NCBI RefSeq assembly: GCF_002310835.1
Contig: NZ_CP011041.1
Coordinates: forward strand, 2,610,001-2,642,000
From: Pseudoalteromonas tetraodonis
GTDB lineage: Bacteria > Pseudomonadota > Gammaproteobacteria > Enterobacterales > Alteromonadaceae
Direction: 5' to 3'
DNA: 32,000 bases
Of the stretch, positions 27,757 to 32,000 are shown one piece after another. The position numbers and the translations under genes are program-made. Within the stretch, counting starts at the first letter, position 1, and every line of letters starts with the position of its first letter. The notes beneath the pieces were generated by a model. It was not told where the DNA came from. It did no database searches and saw only the letters and a program-made list of their open reading frames with translations.

Positions 27757-28071
27757 ATGCAATTAAACCCTACAACGGTAAAGTCGCTTAGGCACACATT
27801 CGATTGGACACAACAACAGCTTGCCGATGCCTGCGATGTAAGCTTGCGAACCATTCAACGAGTAGAAAAAGAAGGTGCAGCCTCAAAAGAAACCACCATG
27901 GCCTTATGTGCGGTATTTGAAGTACGCCAAGGTGAGCTTATTAAGCTTGATGAGAACAACCAAAATGATGCCAATAACAGTCCATCTAAAAGTTTTATTG
28001 CAGGTTTGATTATTAGCTCTGTTATTAGTTTTGCTCTTGGTGCAGCCTCAGTACTTTTAGTAAGTAACTAG
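27757..28071 (+). CDS. XRE-family HTH protein with a C-terminal membrane anchor
   Basis: This 104-aa ORF has an HTH_3-like region LRHTFDWTQQQLADACDVSLRTIQRVEKEG and a C-terminal TM FIAGLIISSVISFALGAASVLLV. Confidence 0.7.
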   Translation: MQLNPTTVKSLRHTFDWTQQQLADACDVSLRTIQRVEKEGAASKETTMALCAVFEVRQGELIKLDENNQNDANNSPSKSFIAGLIISSVISFALGAASVLLVSN

Positions 28072-28090
28072 TATTTAAAACCTAAAATAT

Positions 28091-28129
28091 AAAAATGCCC
28101 CAATGCTTACTGCACAGGGGCATTTTTTA
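28091..28129. terminator. bidirectional rho-independent terminator between the convergent XRE gene and the M16 peptidase gene
   Basis: AAAAATGCCCC-aatgcttactgcaca-GGGGCATTTTTT has A-runs and T-runs on both sides. Confidence 0.8.
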
Positions 28130-28146
28130 ATACTTAAAAACTTAAA

Positions 28147-31029
28147 TTATTGAAATACTTTATCCACCTTTACTACTTCAATATTTTTTGCAGGAATTGC
28201 CAGTTTATAATCAGCAATTACCTTATCTTCAGCCACTAACTCGGCAGGCTTATCGGTGTTATACACCATAGGCGAGGTTTGCATAGTTGCTAAACGTTTT
28301 TGCATATCTTCACCATCACCGGTAACAAACACATAGTGAATATTCTCAGTTTGTAGGTTGTCTTTAATCACTCGATTTACATCATCAACGCTTAATGTTT
28401 TCAGTTTGCTTGTGACGTAGTTTACAAAACTATCGGTGTTATAAAACTCGCTATCTAGCGCATAACCTAACTGGCGATTTTGACTAGCAACCATTTGTGG
28501 CACAAAGTTAATTAAAAAGTTACGCGTGGCTTCAAAATCTGCCTCGGTCATACCATTTTTAATTAGCTTATCTAGCTCAAATAATGCGGTACGGGTTGCA
28601 AAATGCGCATCGTTGTTTGAGCGCAGTGGACGCAGCCACACTTGGAATATTTGCTCAGAGCGCCCTAAGTTTGCATCCGGTTTTGTTTGAAACATACCTC
28701 TAGGGAAGTATTCAATATAGGCGTAATCACCGTAATTCATACCACGCGTTTGACGAATACGTTCGTACAAGTAACTGTTAGAACTGCGATGCTCACCAAA
28801 GTACGAGCGCACTAACCACAATGCGGTCCAGTCTTCGCTGCTACGAATGGTATCAATAGGGAACCCGAACGACACAGCCGTTGATTGCGCTGACTTTTCA
28901 ACAATCGTTGCATGATGACCTTTAAGTTCTGGCGCATCAGGGATTGTTAAGCGGCTTTGTTCGCCTTTAGGGAGTGTCGCTAAGTCAGCTAACATTTGTG
29001 CTTTGAGTTTTTCAGGCACTGCACCAATTAAACCCACAGTAAGTTTAGCTTGTGTAAGTTCAGCATTATAAAACGCTTTAACATCATCAAGGGTCAGCGC
29101 TTCTAAATCAGATAAATCACCGTAGTTATAGCTTTCATAAGGGTGGCCTTTATAAAGCACACTGTAGAGCACTTCTTTACCCAACTCTTCGTCGTTAGAA
29201 GCTTTTAAACCAGACTTAATGCCATCGATCATTTCTTTTTTCAGACGTTTAAAGTCATCTTCTCTAAAGCCTGGGCTTAACAGCTGCTCACTCACTAAAG
29301 CATACCACTGAGCTGCATTATCTTTATGGATACGCCCTTGAAACGACAGCATTTCTTTATCTATTTGATAACCAAAACTACCCGCCAGCGGGTACATTGC
29401 CTTTTTAATATCTTTGTAACTCATTGAGGTTGAGCCACCTTGCGCTAGCATTGCGGCAGTTAAAGCCGCTACGCCTTTTTTACCCTGCGGATCGGCAGCG
29501 GCACCGGTATTAAATAATAAGTTAATATCGATTAACGGCGAGCTATTAGTTTTATCAAGTACTTTAAAGATTGGCTTACTCGGTACTTGCTGATATTTTG
29601 CTACCAATGCATTTAAATCGCTTTCTTGTTCAAAACCAGGGGCTTTATCAAGTGCCGACATAGTAATTGTGGTGCGCGCATTATCAACAAAATACTTATT
29701 TGCAACGGCTCTAATATCTTCGCTAGTGATATTGTCTGCCGATTTATACAACTGATTAATCACCTCAGGATCGCGCTCAAAATGCATATAGCTGGCAAGT
29801 GTAGAGGCAATTGCTTGCGATGAATCTAAACCATTTATAAAGCTGTATTTAAGATTAGACTTTAAATCACTGAGTTTTTGGCTATCAACCAACTCGGTAC
29901 GCGCTTTGGCATACGTACGGTTTATAGCATCACGCACTGTGGCTAAATCATCGGCATTTTCAACTTTTACAAATACATGCAGTAACCCTGGATCTTTAGT
30001 CTCTGGGTTATAGGTAAACATTTGACTCGCTATTTGCTTTTCTACTACCAGCTCTTGGTAAATATCTGAATTACTAGAAAAATAAAGCTGCGATAGTAAA
30101 TCTAATGCGGCTCTGTCTTTTTTCTGAGGCTCCCATGCAGCGCCTTTATACGACACAAGTAACCAGTGACCAGGTAGTCCTTCGTTTTGCTCATGCACAT
30201 ATTTTGGCGCTTGTTGAGTTGGCTCTTTTGGAATATCAGCAACATAGTCGCCTTTTTGCCAATTACCCCAGTGTTTTTTAACCATCGCCATGGTCTCTTT
30301 TGGCTCAACATCACCAACAATCACAAGCGATACATATTCAGGCTTATAAAACTTATCAAAAAACTCTTTACCGTAGGCCATTTGATCTGGCATGGCTTCA
30401 ATGTCTTCAAAAAAGCCCATTGTAGTGTGTTTATAGGTATGTTTTTCGAACGCTTCTTGGCGTACCGCACTTAATAATTTACGAATTGGACTGGCGTTAT
30501 TTTTTAAGTACTCGCCTTTAACCGTTAGCGCTTCGGTTCTAAATTGCTCTTCGGTGTAGCTTAGGTTTTGAAAAATATCAGCTTCAATCTCAAGTACTTT
30601 ATCAAGATGTTGCTTTGAAAAATTTAAGTGGTAGTTAGTGTAATCGTTAGTTGTGTAGGCGCGGTTATCAACCCCTGAATTTTTTAGAATATCTGAATAC
30701 ACATCTTGCGGAAACTTTTCAGAGCCTTTAAACATCATGTGTTCAAAAAAGTGAGCAAAACCAGTTTTACCTGCTTCCACTTCATTACGCGAGCCTACAG
30801 ATACAGGTATTTGTAGCGATACTACATCTGGGTAATCGGTTTTAACTACCATCACACGTAGGCCGTTATCTAGCTCTTCTATTAGGTAATCTTGTGAAAA
30901 AACACGCTCATCTGCTTTATTAACTTGTTCTTGTTGAGCTGCTGTTTGCGTGTTTTGACTTTGCTGCATAGCACAACCTGTTAAGGCCAGCGATACCGCT
31001 AGGCTAGTTGCCAATAATTTAAATTTCAT
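28147..31029 (-). CDS. secreted/lipoprotein M16 (pitrilysin/insulinase) family zinc peptidase, double-length
   Basis: This 960-aa ORF has a signal peptide with lipobox LALTGC. The inverted zinc motif HFFEHMMFKG (HxxEH) is in the first half. The second half is M16-like and lacks the motif. Confidence 0.9.
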   Translation of the reverse strand: MKFKLLATSLAVSLALTGCAMQQSQNTQTAAQQEQVNKADERVFSQDYLIEELDNGLRVMVVKTDYPDVVSLQIPVSVGSRNEVEAGKTGFAHFFEHMMFKGSEKFPQDVYSDILKNSGVDNRAYTTNDYTNYHLNFSKQHLDKVLEIEADIFQNLSYTEEQFRTEALTVKGEYLKNNASPIRKLLSAVRQEAFEKHTYKHTTMGFFEDIEAMPDQMAYGKEFFDKFYKPEYVSLVIVGDVEPKETMAMVKKHWGNWQKGDYVADIPKEPTQQAPKYVHEQNEGLPGHWLLVSYKGAAWEPQKKDRAALDLLSQLYFSSNSDIYQELVVEKQIASQMFTYNPETKDPGLLHVFVKVENADDLATVRDAINRTYAKARTELVDSQKLSDLKSNLKYSFINGLDSSQAIASTLASYMHFERDPEVINQLYKSADNITSEDIRAVANKYFVDNARTTITMSALDKAPGFEQESDLNALVAKYQQVPSKPIFKVLDKTNSSPLIDINLLFNTGAAADPQGKKGVAALTAAMLAQGGSTSMSYKDIKKAMYPLAGSFGYQIDKEMLSFQGRIHKDNAAQWYALVSEQLLSPGFREDDFKRLKKEMIDGIKSGLKASNDEELGKEVLYSVLYKGHPYESYNYGDLSDLEALTLDDVKAFYNAELTQAKLTVGLIGAVPEKLKAQMLADLATLPKGEQSRLTIPDAPELKGHHATIVEKSAQSTAVSFGFPIDTIRSSEDWTALWLVRSYFGEHRSSNSYLYERIRQTRGMNYGDYAYIEYFPRGMFQTKPDANLGRSEQIFQVWLRPLRSNNDAHFATRTALFELDKLIKNGMTEADFEATRNFLINFVPQMVASQNRQLGYALDSEFYNTDSFVNYVTSKLKTLSVDDVNRVIKDNLQTENIHYVFVTGDGEDMQKRLATMQTSPMVYNTDKPAELVAEDKVIADYKLAIPAKNIEVVKVDKVFQ

Positions 31030-31210
31030 TGTTATCCCTTTTTAAATTGAGCAATTTTTAAAACATTTACCAAACTAAGTATGCCGTAAAGTAATTAAAT
31101 ATAAGAGCCCTAAGCCTATTAATTATGTAAACAACTGTGTCAGTTATTGCTGGTAACTTGGTTTAACTATGAAAATAATTCACGTTAGTTGAGAAACTTT
31201 CAATAAATAA

Positions 31211-31234
31211 ATCTATCTAGACGTCTAAATGGCT
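31211..31234. promoter_or_regulatory. MetJ operator candidate (metbox array)
   Basis: A perfect metbox AGACGTCT (31219-31226) is flanked in 8-bp register by ATCTATCT (4/8) and AAATGGCT (5/8). The array lies 45-68 nt upstream of the MTHFR-like ATG. Confidence 0.5.
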
Positions 31235-31278
31235 GCTATATTAAATCCATCATCACAAATTAAGCTGGAATGAGGATT

Positions 31279-32000
31279 ATGGCTTTATCACTTCAAGAAA
31301 AAATACAGGACACCAACCAAGGTGTTTACCTAATTGGCACAACACCGCCAAAAATTGGGACTGATAAAGCGCAATTAAAAATCATTGCCGAAAAGTTATT
31401 AGGCCGTTTACACGAAATTGAATATGACGGCGTAATTATTTATGACATTCAAGATGAAAGCAGCCGTACAGAGCAAGCGCGTCCATTTGCATTTAAGCAA
31501 ACAGTTGATCCGCGCGAGTACAGTCAACTCTTACGAGGCTTATCTGATCTTGATGTAATTACTTATAAAAGTGTAGCTCAGCGCGGTGTGAGTGAGTTTA
31601 AAGCGTGGTTAGATGAAACTAAAAATGACTACGATTTAAAAAACGTGGTGTTAGTGGGCAGCCCATCATCAGCGGGTGATATAAAGCTAAGCTTACCGAA
31701 TGCCTACAAAACTCTGGCAGAGCAGTCAGAAGACTTCTTTTTAGGTGGTGTAACCATTGCTGAGCGCCATGCCAATAAGCGTAATGAGCACCAACGCTTA
31801 ATAGAAAAAACAGCACAAGGGTGCCAGTTTTTTATCTCTCAAGCCGTTTACAATGCACAAGCAACCATAGATTTAATAACCAGTTATGCGCGCACATGCA
31901 AAGCACAAGGCCTGACACCTAATCGGATTATATTAACCTTTACGCCTTGTGGTGGTGAAAAAACATTGGAGTTTATGCAGTGGCTAGGTATCTCAGTGCC
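31279..32000 (+). CDS. methylenetetrahydrofolate-reductase-like protein, N-terminal 240 aa (continues past the window)
   Basis: My own translation from ATG 31279 (GAGGA 3 nt upstream) reads MALSLQEKIQDTNQGVYLIGTTPPK...VVLVGSPSS...GGVTIAERHAN...GCQFFISQAVYNAQ... with no stops to the window end. The resemblance to MetF family blocks (FFITQ-type motif) is loose, and the MetJ box upstream is consistent with it. Confidence 0.65.
   Translation, partial: MALSLQEKIQDTNQGVYLIGTTPPKIGTDKAQLKIIAEKLLGRLHEIEYDGVIIYDIQDESSRTEQARPFAFKQTVDPREYSQLLRGLSDLDVITYKSVAQRGVSEFKAWLDETKNDYDLKNVVLVGSPSSAGDIKLSLPNAYKTLAEQSEDFFLGGVTIAERHANKRNEHQRLIEKTAQGCQFFISQAVYNAQATIDLITSYARTCKAQGLTPNRIILTFTPCGGEKTLEFMQWLGISV

Overview
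This 32-kb window looks like a roughly 40% GC marine gammaproteobacterium. Gene content and order resemble Alteromonadales such as Pseudoalteromonas, but the taxon is inference only. Most of the window is conserved housekeeping: serB (partial) divergent from ytjB/smp, pdxH-tatD, argS, prfC, a Cache/HAMP tripartite hybrid sensor kinase, holD-rimI, tRNA-Trp, a divergent LysR/FAD-monooxygenase pair, guaB-guaA divergent from xseA, cysE, a small XRE-containing gene pair, a 960-aa double M16 peptidase and a partial MTHFR-like gene behind a MetJ box. The clearly accessory part is about 13.2-20.9 kb. It holds a single 5.1-kb gene for a roughly 1,700-aa lipoprotein. That protein has about 15 tandem PKD/Ig-like modules and a 189-aa cysteine-rich C-terminal domain that I cannot place. 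The gene is GC-richer than its flanks, has its own terminator and sits next to a possible IS-remnant. It is followed by about 2.2 kb of essentially ORF-free, partly very AT-rich DNA that contains collinear diverged repeats about 150 bp long and a 10-mer present three times. Other oddities are listed below. (1) A perfect 7-bp x 11.7 microsatellite lies between the pdxH RBS and its likely promoter. (2) Three tandem structured repeats of about 122 bp, with compensatory stem replacement, fill the argS-pdxH spacer. (3) TGTCATATGACA-type palindromes lie upstream of a translationally coupled pair of tail-anchored small proteins, one of them XRE-HTH. (4) A terminator-like hairpin in the wrong orientation lies between guaB and guaA. 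No CRISPR array, intact mobile element or recognisable defence operon was seen. All homology calls come from reading the translated ORFs by eye and have not been checked against databases.
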